A DNA stretch of 63,581 nucleotides, filler included, from Octopus bimaculoides (Eukaryota): the NCBI RefSeq assembly GCF_001194135.2. It is 6 parts of 6 records of this genome, joined end to end, with 100 filler letters (N's around TTAATTAATTAA, not from the genome) between each part and the next. Parts side by side here need not be neighbours in the genome. Positions count along the whole stretch, not along the records: positions 37,743 to 52,997 come from NC_068988.1; 5 more parts are not named here. One strand, 5' to 3'. Positions 37,900 to 50,310 of this stretch are shown here, piece by piece. Both the position numbers and the translations under genes were made by a program. A model generated the notes under the pieces. The model saw only the letters and a list, made by a program, of their open reading frames with translations, was not told where the DNA came from and made no database searches. The first letter of the stretch is position 1, and the number at the start of each line of letters is the position of its first letter.

Positions 37900-38719
37900 C
37901 GTGCAAGTACACAATCATTCAGTAAAATATAACTCATGTTCGTCAATGTTTTGTAAATTTACCACGATTTTCACTAGGGTGTTAGGGTCAGGGTTTTAGG
38001 GTCAGGGTTAGGGTTTAGGATTAATGTTATGGTTACGTTTTTTAGGGTCAGGGTTAGGGTTTAGGATTAGTGTTAGGGTTAGTGTTAGGGTTAGGTTTAG
38101 GATTAGTGTTGGGTAATCATGCGGGTGTTAATCTGAAAAGTTACAGATATGTGAAAAGTACCGACCCTGCCATCTATTATAACTTTTGTTCTGTTTGATA
38201 TATACTTAGATTATGCCTCCAAAGAAGAGAGTTTGCTGGGGAAAGACAGCAACCGGTTTAAAATGACAGCCACAGACTGCAGCAATTCACCACATTCCAG
38301 TAGCTACTTTGAACATAATGCAAAACGGTGCATCAACACCTTCTGCCCAATCTGATAGAATTCTGGCAAAACTGTTTAGCAACAGATCGCCAGCAATTGC
38401 TTCATCACAAATTGCCATCCTAGCTCCTGTGAAAAGGGATTACCCTGCTATGTATAATCAGGGCAACGCAAAAAGTTGTTTTGCACAAGCATTTCTATAG
38501 CCAATTACACGGATGAAATTTACGTATGCTTAATAATTTTACGCAAAACAGCCTTCAGACTTTCCCTATTAATTTCATCGTCTTTTGAATTATGAACATA
38601 TTTACATCATAAGGGTTTTTTCGTTGTAAGGCTTTCTTTTTTAGTTGATTTTCAGCTAGCAAGACTTTTCGTAGATGGCATAATAAGTCACACCCGGACA
38701 AGGTCGGGTTATACTGCTA

Positions 38720-38721
<2 letters not shown>
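37900..38721 (+). mobile_element. Non-autonomous Helitron with internal TTAGGG-like array; 5' boundary uncertain
   Basis: 3' hairpin ACCCG-gacaaggt-CGGGT then CTAG|T at ~38721; MPPKKRVC and AILAPVKRD remnants; TTAGGG variants ~37975-38110. Confidence 0.7.
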
Positions 38722-38765
<44 letters not shown>

Positions 38766-38819
38766 CATTAATAATATATAAATATATGCATATATCCATA
38801 CATATATGTACATACTACA

Positions 38820-40000
38820 TCTATAGTTATACGTACATGCATATATGGGTACAGGACATCACAAAAAAATGTTAAACACAATGAGAAACAAAAACATAAA
38901 GACGAAGACAGAAAACGAACTTTTTTTCGAACGACGAAAAAAAACAAACAGAGAAACGAAACATGTCACATAAAGAATATTCCCTTCTCTAGTTGTCCCT
39001 GTTCCATCTACTCCGCGTGACAGTTTATATCAAGGCTATAAAGTAAAACGTTTAGATAGTGAAAAGGGCTTATTTTTAATTGGGGTAAATGACTTGACTG
39101 GTTCAATGGCTAAGATGGGTGTGAGGAGGTGGCCAAAAAGAGTTGTTATTGGAACAAAGGATTTGGGTTGATAACGGAGGAATGGTGGTGGTAAAGAGAG
39201 GAGTATCAAATTGAATGCAGAGGTGTAGGTAAGGAGGTAGAATGGTTAGTTTTCAAAGGAGTGCTGTTTTGTTGAGTACTGTTTGAGGTTGGGGACGGTG
39301 GAGAGTCTAAGAAGAATGTGAGAATTGGTTGATTTGGAAGAAATATTAGATGACTGTATGGGAAGGAATAAAATGGGGTGGTTAGTATTTATAAGTAGTA
39401 GGTTGCAGGGCTGACTTTGTTATAGATTAACGTTTTGTGGGGACGAGGAAGCTTATTATAGGATTATATTGATTTAGGGAAGTGCGTGAAAGTTGAGTAC
39501 TATCGGTGTTTATAAGATTAAATAACAACAGAAAATCTTTTGAGCAATGAGCAATTTTGAAGGAGAAGAATAGTTAATGATTATTTTATTCATAACTTAC
39601 ACTTACCGATATTTACATTATATGGGGAGCTTTACTTATTATGGGCCAGGATACGGTGTATGGATTATTTTACGATTTGAATTCGTGTATGTACGTTGCT
39701 AACGAGGTGGACAGTTTAGAGTTTGGATTAATGAAAGAGTTCATATTTGCACGGTAGCAGCACTTAAAATCAACAATACCACCGATATATACGCTTGCTT
39801 GGTAGGCGAAGGGTGTTATCATAGGGCACTTGTAGATCACATTTTTGCGCTGACAGGACCCTGCAAGACGGCATAATTTAGGTGTATGACAATTTTCAAG
39901 TTTTTCTACCAGCTCGATAATTGGTGTTTACTACTATTAAGGTTGAACTTGGTTGGTTTATTGTTAGTGGGAGCGCAGGCAGGAGAGATATGTAATAATT
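38820..40000 (-). mobile_element. Penelope-like element remnant (GIY-YIG endonuclease ~39570-39900)
   Basis: NCHTPKLCRLAGSCQRKNVIYKC...VYIGG...FK...SF...STSLATYIHEFK*NNPYTVSWPIISKAP; outer boundaries approximate. Confidence 0.8.
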
Positions 40001-40009
40001 TACATATGG

Positions 40010-40464
40010 AAAATACTGGAAGGACTGGTACCAGATTGTGGCATGAAGTACTATATCATGAAGTACTATATCGCACAGATCACCATTGCATAATACAGGT
40101 TACCGTCCACTGCATCTCACATAAAAACAAGATATTGCAACAGACTCGGTTTCAGAGGACCTCAGCTTTTTAATACCCTGCCAAAACAATTGAGAGACCT
40201 GAAAGACATGGATGTAGAGGTCTTCAAAACAAAATTCGACACTTTCTAATCCACGATACCAGACGAACCGTTGGCTCGAAATGAGATACAGTTGAGGGCA
40301 GCGATGTCAAATTCTCTTATACACCAGATGTGCTATCGAAAGTCTTCGTTGGACTACACCAGCTGTCGGAGAAGAGACACGCAAGGAACATGCAGAGAGC
40401 ACAGCATGAGGAGGGTAAGTTATGGTGGTGCACCAGCACGACCGCAGCTACTTGGCTGAAATGC

Positions 40465-40470
<6 letters not shown>
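40010..40470 (+). mobile_element. CR1-clade LINE 3' fragment
   Basis: WKILEGLVPDCG ... FRGPQLFNTLPKQLRDLKDMDVEVFKTKFDTF*STIPDEP...RAAMSNSLIHQM, then 3' UTR to ~40465. Confidence 0.85.
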
Positions 40471-40500
<30 letters not shown>

Positions 40501-40504
40501 TTTA

Positions 40505-40740
40505 ATCTTTACTCTTTCACTCTTTTACTTGGTTCGGTCATTTGACTGTGGCCATGCTGGAGCACCGCATTTAGTCGAGTAAATCGACGCCAGGACTTAT
40601 TCTTTGTAAGCCTAGTACTTGTTGTTTCGGTCTATTTTGCCGAACCGCTAAGTTACGTGGGCGTAAACACACCACCATCATTTGTCATACGTACATACAT
40701 ACATATATATTGTTGGGGGTCAAACATAGACACACAAACA
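40505..40740 (-). mobile_element. SINE family A tail-1 half
   Basis: Reverse complement of 10380-10560 with a (TCTTTTAC)-type end. Confidence 0.85.
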
Positions 40741-43184
40741 TAGACAGACACACACACACACACACGCACACACACACATATGCACATAAACGCGCTCGCG
40801 AGCGAACACGCACTGACGCAAACAAATACACACGCACACACAACACACACACGTAACACACATGTATTTATATTAAATTATTTCAATTCTCATTCGTAAC
40901 CAGATTTACATGTAGATTTTCATGTAGTGCAATAGCATGTTAATATTTTCAGAAAATTTATATTTCCATTTGCTTTCTNNNNNNNNNNNNNNNNNNNNNN
41001 NNNNNNNNNNNNNNNNNNNNNNNNNNNNNNNNNNNNNNNNNNNNNNNNNNNNNNNNNNNNNNNNNNNNNNNNNNNNNNNNNNNNNNNNNNNNNNNNNNNN
41101 NNNNNNNNNNNNNNNNNNNNNNNNNNNNNNNNNNNNNNNNNNNNNNNNNNNNNNNNNNNNNNNNNNNNNNNNNNNNNNNNNNNNNNNNNNNNNNNNNNNN
41201 NNNNNNNNNNNNNNNNNNNNNNNNNNNNNNNNNNNNNNNNNNNNNNNNNNNNNNNNNNNNNNNNNNNNNNNNNNNNNNNNNNNNNNNNNNNNNNNNNNNN
41301 NNNNNNNNNNNNNNNNNNNNNNNNNNNNNNNNNNNNNNNNNNNNNNNNNNNNNNNNNNNNNNNNNNNNNNNNNNNNNNNNNNNNNNNNNNNNNNNNNNNN
41401 NNNNNNNNNNNNNNNNNNNNNNNNNNNNNNNNNNNNNNNNNNNNNNNNNNNNNNNNNNNNNNNNNNNNNNNNNNNNNNNNNNNNNNNNNNNNNNNNNNNN
41501 NNNNNNNNNNNNNNNNNNNNNNNNNNNNNNNNNNNNNNNNNNNNNNNNNNNNNNNNNNNNNNTATATATATATACATACATATATATGCATGAAGATACA
41601 CACACACGCACACACACACATATGCACATAAACGCGCTCGCGAGCGAACACGCACTGACGCAAACAAATACACACGCACACACAACACACACACGTAACA
41701 CACATGTATTTATATTAAATTATTTCAATTCTCATTCGTAACCAGATTTACATGTAGATTTTCATGTAGTGCAATAGCATGTTAATATTTTCAGAAAATT
41801 TATATTTCCATTTGCTTTCTATATATTCTGCATTATGACCAAATCTTTTATTACAAAGAGGAATAATTCTACGTCAATACAGCGAAATTCACTCTTTGAA
41901 AACCTACATGTAAAATCTACGGTGGAACGTGATGATTATATCTTACAAGCTACAAGTTGTGGTGTTATTTACATAAAGCGTGTTTTGCTGAGATATGTAT
42001 AGTCCTTATAATTCCTTGAAGAACCACTAACAATACTGGAGAGAATGTTAAATGTGGAAAGCAAATCTCATGGAAGTCGTTCGCTATTGGGACTACTTTC
42101 GAGAATTTGATTTTCATATTAATGTGGATGAACTTCAGTTGACATTAATATTGCCTATCCTGACGCACAAAGGATATCTTGCTGTCAGAGAATGCCATAA
42201 TACAGTCTCATAGTTTCTGTGGCTCAAACGAATTTAGCTACAGAGTTAAATCACATGCTATTAGATGGTATACGTCTCACTAGGAATATATACACTCATT
42301 CTTTTTAGCAATGAAAATCAACTGCACAAACACGTAACTTTGAACATGAAGGAACATACAGGCTCTAACCGCTTAGGCCAGACACCGAACTGTTGCTTAA
42401 ATTGTCAAAAGTGTATCTAACATCTGCTCAATAGAGCCTGGTAGATGTTACTGGAATGTGATTGCAGGTACATCACGTTTACGAAGACGGAGATTACTGA
42501 AAGGATTTGTAACTTTGACTCTCTGGTTGTCGATTTCATCACCAAAGTAGCACTTGAGCACATTCTTCTCCCTACATATGTTTAGGATTATGTATCATTG
42601 TTACTGATGGAAACTGAGTGAAATGGTTGTGATCTATAATTTTCCCGGGGGTGGACTTCGGCTGTTGGACGGTTTCTGTCACAGTCTCAGCCTCAGTCTG
42701 GAAGTGAGACCGAATTATTCACTCGTACTAGACTCGTACAGTCGGATAGATGTCGCATCCCATGCAGCTTCAGTACAAATTGAGAAGTTACGCAAAGTAG
42801 CCAGGTGCAAGAGTGTTCTGGTGTTAAACCATTTATAACTGCAGAGGCTACAATGGTCACGGGATAGTAATTGTATACCCAAGTGATGATCACTTAAATG
42901 CGGTGTGACTGAAATGGAAGATGTTTTTATTTATCTCATAGAAGGCAATGATGTCTTTATCATGTTAGAAAGGAACACCGTTTTTTTTTTTTTTTGAGAA
43001 TTATACAGAGCTTTTCAGTTACCTGTGCCTAACGCTTTGGTTAGGACTCTAAGACACATATCCTGTTCATGATATTTTTTCTCATGGACATCCTTGTAAA
43101 ATTGAGGAATGTCAACGATCATGTAAGTGATCTAACATCCTGATCTAACATCTCTTTGCTACAGTTCATAGGCATCATCAATAA

Positions 43185-43304
43185 ACTCACCGATTTCATT
43201 TGTAATACAGTGGAAGGAGATATTTCTAATATATCGCAAGCAACTTCAGGCCTCTATTTTATAAAAGATGCTTTGCGGACGCATGCTTGTAGGCTTATGA
43301 CGCA
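43185..43304 (-). promoter_or_regulatory. Candidate TATA promoter and short non-coding first exon
   Basis: Minus strand: TGCGTCA (43304-43298), TATAAAA (43263-43257), AATCG|GTGAGT donor (43190-43185). Motif evidence only. Confidence 0.4.
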
Positions 43305-43768
43305 CGAGCAGCTCGATTTCAGAAAGTGAAAATAGATTCTACACCATATTCTTACCGTCATATTTGAAAACTTCAGAAGGTATTGCATTTCTAGCAAGGG
43401 CTTTGTTTAATAACAATTAGTTTATATCATCTCAAACTTCTTTTACTTCTTTCAAGAATGCTTCAACAGAAAACTTCAAGATATCTGGTCATTCAATTAT
43501 GAAATAATTAGAATTTGATGATGCAGGAAGAATAATGAAACAACTGTTACAATACAATACAATGTATTTTTTAATTTTATTGTCCAACCTTCAGCAAACC
43601 GTCTTTTTTAGGGATTATCTAGGACATTACGTACAATGGACGTATGATGTAGGTAGGGAAATATTTTGGCTGCTATTTTTAGCGTGTGTGTATATGTAAG
43701 TACATACACACACAAACACACACAAACACACACGCGCATATATACGCACACACACGTATATATATGTA

Positions 43769-43843
<75 letters not shown>

Positions 43844-45260
43844 TCTTTTTTCTCTTATTCTTTTACTTGTTTCAGTCATTTGATTGAGGTCATGCTTGAG
43901 TACCGCCTTTTGTTAGAGGACAATGTGTGTGTGTGTATATATACATACACACACACACATATATACAGATACATACATGCATACATACATACATACATAA
44001 ATGTATACATACATACATATATAAAGTATGCACACACAGGCACACGCTAGTAAATGGGCACCTATATAATGCCTACCTAGTTCATTTGAAAAATGAATGC
44101 AAGTAAAACCAATTTTATTTCCGAAAATGTCAACGTAATTTGATCATTTTCATTTCCTTCCCATCACAGACATAGGCTTCATTGTTTGTCTTTAGACATT
44201 ATCTTTTGCATTCGTAAACTTAATTTCATAATTCGAACTTTGGCTGATTGCTGGCGACTGCAGCACACTAACACTTTCGCACGTATATGCAATTATGTCA
44301 ATTTACAATGTTATATATAATAATGAAACGCTAAATAATGATCGCATACACATTTCTCACAAACTCTTTCGATAAATGTCCGACCAATATTTTTAGGTTT
44401 CTCAAAGAATCTTTCAACAGTACTTCTGCAGTCAAAACATAACTGTGATTTTCTAAGGTTGCCACAATCCGGCGAAGTTAGAAATGTCATACTTCATACA
44501 GAATTGTTCTCTTGTAGCATGCCGTTATCTAATTTATTTGCTATAGTAAAGAATATATCTGGGGAAGTTACAACGTTTAAAAATCATCATAAATTTAATT
44601 TTGTGTCTCAAATAAAACATTACGCAGTTCAATATGAAACATACGGGAATCGCTTATCCGAGCCCGACTTACTTATCTATTGCTTCTTCCGATAATCCCA
44701 TTTTTTCTTTCTCTTTTTGATTGTTATAATAATTTATTATAATATACAGTGCTTCTCTTGACAATAAATACGTTCCTAATATTTTTTCTGTCCTGTTCCC
44801 TACATCAATTAACCAGGACACGCGAGGATTAATAAAATATATTGATGTTGCTTTTGGATTCAAAATATAAACACAAGTACATCACTGACCATATTTGAAT
44901 TCAGACTGTAATTACACACAGCAGAATATATTTAGGAATATGTATCATTTATCCATCGCCTAATACTCTTGTCGACCTATAGAGAAGTCAAATTAAAATA
45001 AATCGTTAACAGAAGAATTTGGATGAGATCAAATATATGGAAACCTTCCCGGGCTCTTAAGATTCACATTCACTCTAACCATGAAGAAAACATGTAGTCC
45101 ATCATTACTGGATTATTGTTCAGCTACAAAATTCAATAGAGTATTTTAGGAATGAAAGAAGGGCATATTTTTAATATTCTTATCATTACACATAGAAAAT
45201 AGTGAGCATGTCTTCTGAATCGACCCAACATAGTACAACCAATATTATGACTGTACTAAA

Positions 45261-45655
45261 GGTGGGGAGCTGGTTGAATCATTAGCACACTTAGCAATAT
45301 TTTTCCATCAAATTCTGAGCTCAAATACCACTGAGGTCGACTTTACCCTATATCATTTCAGGGTCGATAAAATAAGTACCATTTGAGCATTGGGGCTGGT
45401 GTAATCAACGTACTCGCTTCCCTGAAAATCCTAACCGAATACCAAAATTTGAAATCAATTTTACGATTGCGGTAAGGCGCTTAGCTTGCAGAAACATTAG
45501 TTCGCCGACAAAATGCTTCCGCCGAGGTCAACGTTATCTTTCTTTCTTTCTGAGTAAATAAAATAAGGTACAGTTGAGTACTGGAGTCGATATAAATAAT
45601 TGATCCGTCCACAGTAAATACTGACATTGTGTCAAAATTCTTAAATCGATATTAT
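45261..45655 (+). mobile_element. Two tandem degenerate SINE family B copies
   Basis: GAGCTGG..GAATC.TTAGC heads and GAGGTC(G/A)AC bodies as in 53726. Confidence 0.75.
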
Positions 45656-45742
45656 GATTGAATTTAGTTTGATAAGACTAAAAATATTTCGAAATTGTAT
45701 GGTTGAGAACAAACACAAGATAGTTCGTAGTAAATATAATCG

Positions 45743-46131
45743 GTTGGTTGTGTGGTGAGAAGCTTGCTTCCCAACCATATGGTTCCAGCTTCAGTCTCAT
45801 TGCGTGGCACTTTAGGTAAGTACATTCTACTATACCTTCGGGTCGACCAACGTCTTGTGATACACGGAAGCTGTCGTAAACACATATTTATGTGTGTCTA
45901 TGTCTGTGTGCTTGTGAGTGAGTGTGCGTGCATCTGTGTGTCTGTGTTTGTCTGCCCCAACTACTGGACATCCGGTGTTTGTGTGTTTGAGGATCCTTAA
46001 CTTAGCCGTTCAGAAAAAGAAATCGTTAGAATAATTACTAGGCTTAAATTGTCCTGAGTTCGTTTTGGTCGACTTAAGCCCTCCTAGGCAGTGCCTCAAT
46101 ATAGCCACATTTCAATAGCTGAAACAAGCAA
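45743..46131 (+). mobile_element. SINE family A, degenerate full length, tail 1
   Basis: GTGTGGTGAGAAGCTTGCTTCCCAACCA head; ends GCTGAAACAAG. Confidence 0.8.
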
Positions 46132-46383
46132 GGGTTAAATGTTCAAAGATCGAACATTTCGTAAATAGATCAGTAAGCTCATTGCAGCGAACGATATAAT
46201 TTTTTCCGTGAGAAATTTAACAAGACTTCCCTACAACTCTTTGTACACATAACGTTAACCCGGTGCTTTCACTAGCCACATGAGTCTAGAAGTTGAAAGC
46301 TGCGAGCATCCGGCTACATACTTTAGAGTCGGCCCACGGTTTTGCTTTTACCTTGTAATGAAAGGAAAGCGCGAAAAGGTAAA

Positions 46384-46425
46384 CACTACTACTACTACTA
46401 GTACTACTACTACTACTACTACTAC

Positions 46426-46483
<58 letters not shown>
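46384..46483. repeat. (CTA)n followed by (GTA)n, self-complementary microsatellite
   Basis: Direct reading; CTA and TAG runs are reverse complements. Confidence 0.9.
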
Positions 46484-46484
<1 letters not shown>

Positions 46485-46953
46485 TATGCAGAAATTGATG
46501 TAACAAAACTGGTGTGAAGATAAAAAAAAAGAAGTAGTAAAAATACACACAAAAACACAGAACATACGTACAAAAAGCACATAAATGCATACAATGAGAA
46601 TCAGTGTCCGCTCTGTATAGTTTTGAAACTACCTTGATTTTTCTCTATACACACAATGATCCAAACATATTAAGATGAGGAAAGTTATAAGAGAAACAGA
46701 TAAAGAGAGGAAGGCAGAGTGGAAGAAAGATAGAGACACTGTGATCACAACGGAGGCTGGAACGATAAGTCACACCTATAATATAATGCGCCGACTTCGA
46801 ACATACTCCTGTACGTTATCTGTAATTATAGGTTACACGACAATGTTGTTAAGAACATTGAGATGATAGAGGTTATTATTGATTACATTCCGTAATACAT
46901 TTGATGGGAGCAATCAAAGACCAAGTTATCCATAAATATGTCATCCTAATCTT

Positions 46954-46999
<46 letters not shown>

Positions 47000-47277
47000 A
47001 CAGAGAGACACACACACATACACACAGAGAGACACACACACATACACACATAAACACGCAAACAATCACACACACAGAAATATATGTATGTATACGTATA
47101 TGTATATACATGTGCGTGTACTGTGTGTGTGTCTAGGTGTATGTNNNNNNNNNNNNNNNNNNNNNNNNNNNNNNNNNNNNNNNNNNNNNNNNNNNNNNNN
47201 NNNNNNNNNNNNNNNNNNNNNNNNNNNNNNNNNNNNNNNNNNNNNNNNNNNNNNNNNNNNNNNNNNNNNNNNNNNNN

Positions 47278-47312
<35 letters not shown>

Positions 47313-48002
47313 ACATATATACATTTATATATGCGTATGTGTATGTGCGTGTATGTCTGTGCGTATGCATGTGTTTGTGCTCGCGAATGTGTTTGCGTGT
47401 ATCTGTGCCACTGCATAATTTTTCAACAATATCTAAAGTTGACTTTGTTATATTCACTTTATAATTCACCGTTTAATCACCACGTTAGTTTGATGGCATA
47501 CATCACTTTGCAATAATTTAAAGTCAGAGAAATGTATATAACAAGGATATAATAAACGAAAAAAAAAAACATACACTCATCATTTAGTATTGGAGATATA
47601 TTAAAAAATCTGCGACCAATCAAATATCTCAAATTTTTATGTTATATTTATTATTATCCTCTACTACCTTTTCTTTGAGAGATTGCGAACGAGAAATATC
47701 TGGGTAGAATCTGGAAAATAACAGATCTACAAGGTATGATCTTTTCTTAAAGTTGTCTGAAGATATGATACAAATCCCTAATGAAAAATGTTGCTATCGA
47801 AAGCACTGTCCACCTAGGTCTAATTTGTTGTTGGTTTAGCACTATTGTTTTCGCTGCATAACAACTTGAAGTCACAAGTATGTACTAAATTCAGATCAAA
47901 TATGTTATTTAGGATTATATGGCCTCATGTATATTCATTCAATTTTGGTTTTCCCTTTAACTTGTTTCAGTCATTGCACTGCCTGTTAAAGTCTGTCATA
48001 CC

Positions 48003-48042
48003 GGCCATGACGAAGGGAAATAGCCCTGAAACTCGAGTCGCC
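48003..48042 (+). ncRNA. Degenerate minimal type I hammerhead ribozyme-like motif
   Basis: GGC-C[A]TGACGA-AGGG aaatag CCCT-GAAA-CTCGAG-TC-GCC: stems I, II and palindromic III present; one extra A in the CUGANGA core. Confidence 0.55.
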
Positions 48043-48549
48043 TTTATATATATATATTTATATTTATATATTTATATATTTGATCCTTTATATTGAACAC
48101 TCAATATTTCATCTACATTCAATACTTTCTTTCATGGTGCCATCCATTTTTATTTTATTTTATTTTATATTGTATATTGTATATCATATTATATATTGTA
48201 TATTCCATATTCTATACCCCACATTAGTTCTGCAGGAATATAAATAAAACATAAAAAACAGACAGTGTTGGAACTCTTTTAAGCAAAATAATATATTCCT
48301 CTATACACAATCATACAAAAAAACCCCNNNNNNNNNNNNNNNNNNNNNNNNNNNNNNNNNNNNNNNNNNNNNNNNNNNNNNNNNNNNNNNNNNNNNNNNN
48401 NNNNNNNNNNNNNNNNNNNNNNNNNNNNNNNNNNNNNNNNNNNNNNNNNNNNNNNNNNNNNNNNNNNNNNNNNNNNNNNNNNNNNNNNNNNNNNNNNNNN
48501 NNNNNNNNNNNNNNNNNNNNNNNNNNNNNNNNNNNNNNNNNNNNNNNNN

Positions 48550-48588
<39 letters not shown>

Positions 48589-48599
48589 GTATTGGGAAA

Positions 48600-49465
48600 T
48601 TAAGATGAAAAAAGCGAAAATACACGTTGGATATAAAAATAGGTTTCGAAGAGAAAAATATACTGAATGTTCTAGAAATATGGGGAAAATAAAAAGAAAA
48701 AAAGTGAAAATGCATATTGGATATAAAAGGAATAAAGTTTATGAAAACTAACGATGAATATATACAATTAGATGAACCGAGGTAGAAAACCGGTTTCGTC
48801 GATTGCTGTTCACTGGCTTTGCATGCGCACGGACTACCAAACGGTATCGGGTCTACTAGTCCCTGAGTAGAAAGATTATATGCAAGGCAGTGGTACAGTT
48901 AAGGTAGATGTAACACTGTAATATAAGTGGTGTACGGAATGTCAGTGAACGCATAGAAATGTGTGCTAGGAAACTTAAACCTACCTTTCAAATGTTCCCT
49001 TTATATCAATGTTTACAAAACCCCTCAGTTCAGCAAAGAATGAATAAATAAGCAACTTTCATCAATAGATAGCATCCACAACTCAACATGAACACATAAC
49101 ATAATCTAGAACAGTACTAACCCATTAATATAACACTAATTCCCATGCATTCCATTCACCATTCATATTACAATGCTACATTTACCCTAATTGCAACCCT
49201 CCCAGTACTACTTACCTCCCTCGCATGTAATCTGTTTACTGAGGGACTAGTAGACCAGACACCATTTGGTAATCTGTGCGCATGCAAAGCCAGTGAACAG
49301 TAATTGACGAAACCAGTATGAGTTTGACTCCCTTTAACAATTCAAAGTAATAACTTATTCTTCTTTATTCTACCTCTGTTCATCTAATTGTATATATTTA
49401 TCGTTACCTTTCAAAAAAGCCTTTATTTTTTATATCCAATGTGTATTTTCGCTTTTTTTCTTTTT
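48600..49465. mobile_element. Foldback/MITE-like element with long inverted arms (~48600-48900 and ~49205-49465)
   Basis: CTGTTCACTGGCTTTGCATGCGCAC / GTGCGCATGCAAAGCCAGTGAACAG; GGTCTACTAGTCCCT / AGGGACTAGTAGACC; TACAATTAGATGAAC / GTTCATCTAATTGTA. Confidence 0.8.
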
Positions 49466-49710
49466 TACATACATACATACATGTATGCATACGTACCTCC
49501 ATACATGCATACATAATTATAAATTTAATGTCCTCATCATATTCGAATTAAGAAGTAACATTGCATCTTACTACAATCCATGTCTCCTAAAATTTGTAAG
49601 CTGCTGCTTTTAATACTTGTTAAGCAATATGTCTCCAGTTACTGATATCAAGGAAGTTTAATTTTTGCATGTCAAGTTTTAGAACAAAATAACTGTACTT
49701 TAAGTACTTA

Positions 49711-50310
49711 CAGGTAACTATGACCGTAAGTTCATCTAAACTTAATGGACTTTCTGATTTATATTTCTGATAGTAAGTAGCACAAGGGCGTTTGAGCTAC
49801 TTCGTCCAGTAATAGCTTCCGTTAACTTTTAATTCGATTGAAATACTTATTTCTGTCATAGAGTTTCAGTTTCGGCGAAGTTGTAATCTTCTTCGAGAAC
49901 ATTACATTTCATTTCAAATCGTTGATTTTATGAGAAATAGTATTCAGGTAATTATCTGAAATCATGTTAATAGCCACATTAAGTAGCTGGTGTATTAACA
50001 TGTGGATGCTGGATGTTGTTTCGTGTTAATACGTAATTATAATTATCATTAGGAAGGCTAAATCTATCGTCTAATGACGTCCATTTTCATGAGGTGTTAC
50101 CCTTTGATTATGCAAACTTACCGAGGCTGAGATGTAATGCAATGTTATTACTGCCGGCATGATGTGGCAATTACTAATAGAAATGGTTGTACGGATGTGA
50201 AAAAAAAAATAATTCATCTAAAATATAATGATCTTATCAGAAAGTTCGTCCATCTATATACTATCAGAAAGTCCATTAAGCTTAGATGAACTTACGATCA
50301 TGGTTACCTA
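49711..50310. mobile_element. 600-bp MITE with ~50-bp TIRs and TA TSD (Tc1/mariner-type)
   Basis: TA|CAGGTAACTATGACCGTAAGTTCATCTAAACTTAATGGACTTTCTGAT versus ATCAGAAAGTCCATTAAGCTTAGATGAACTTACGATCATGGTTACCTA|TA. Confidence 0.85.

Noticed and set aside
40756-41820. ~220-bp identical duplication on both sides of a gap (40756-40978 and 41598-41820)
   Set aside because: Most likely an unmerged contig overlap; needs long reads.
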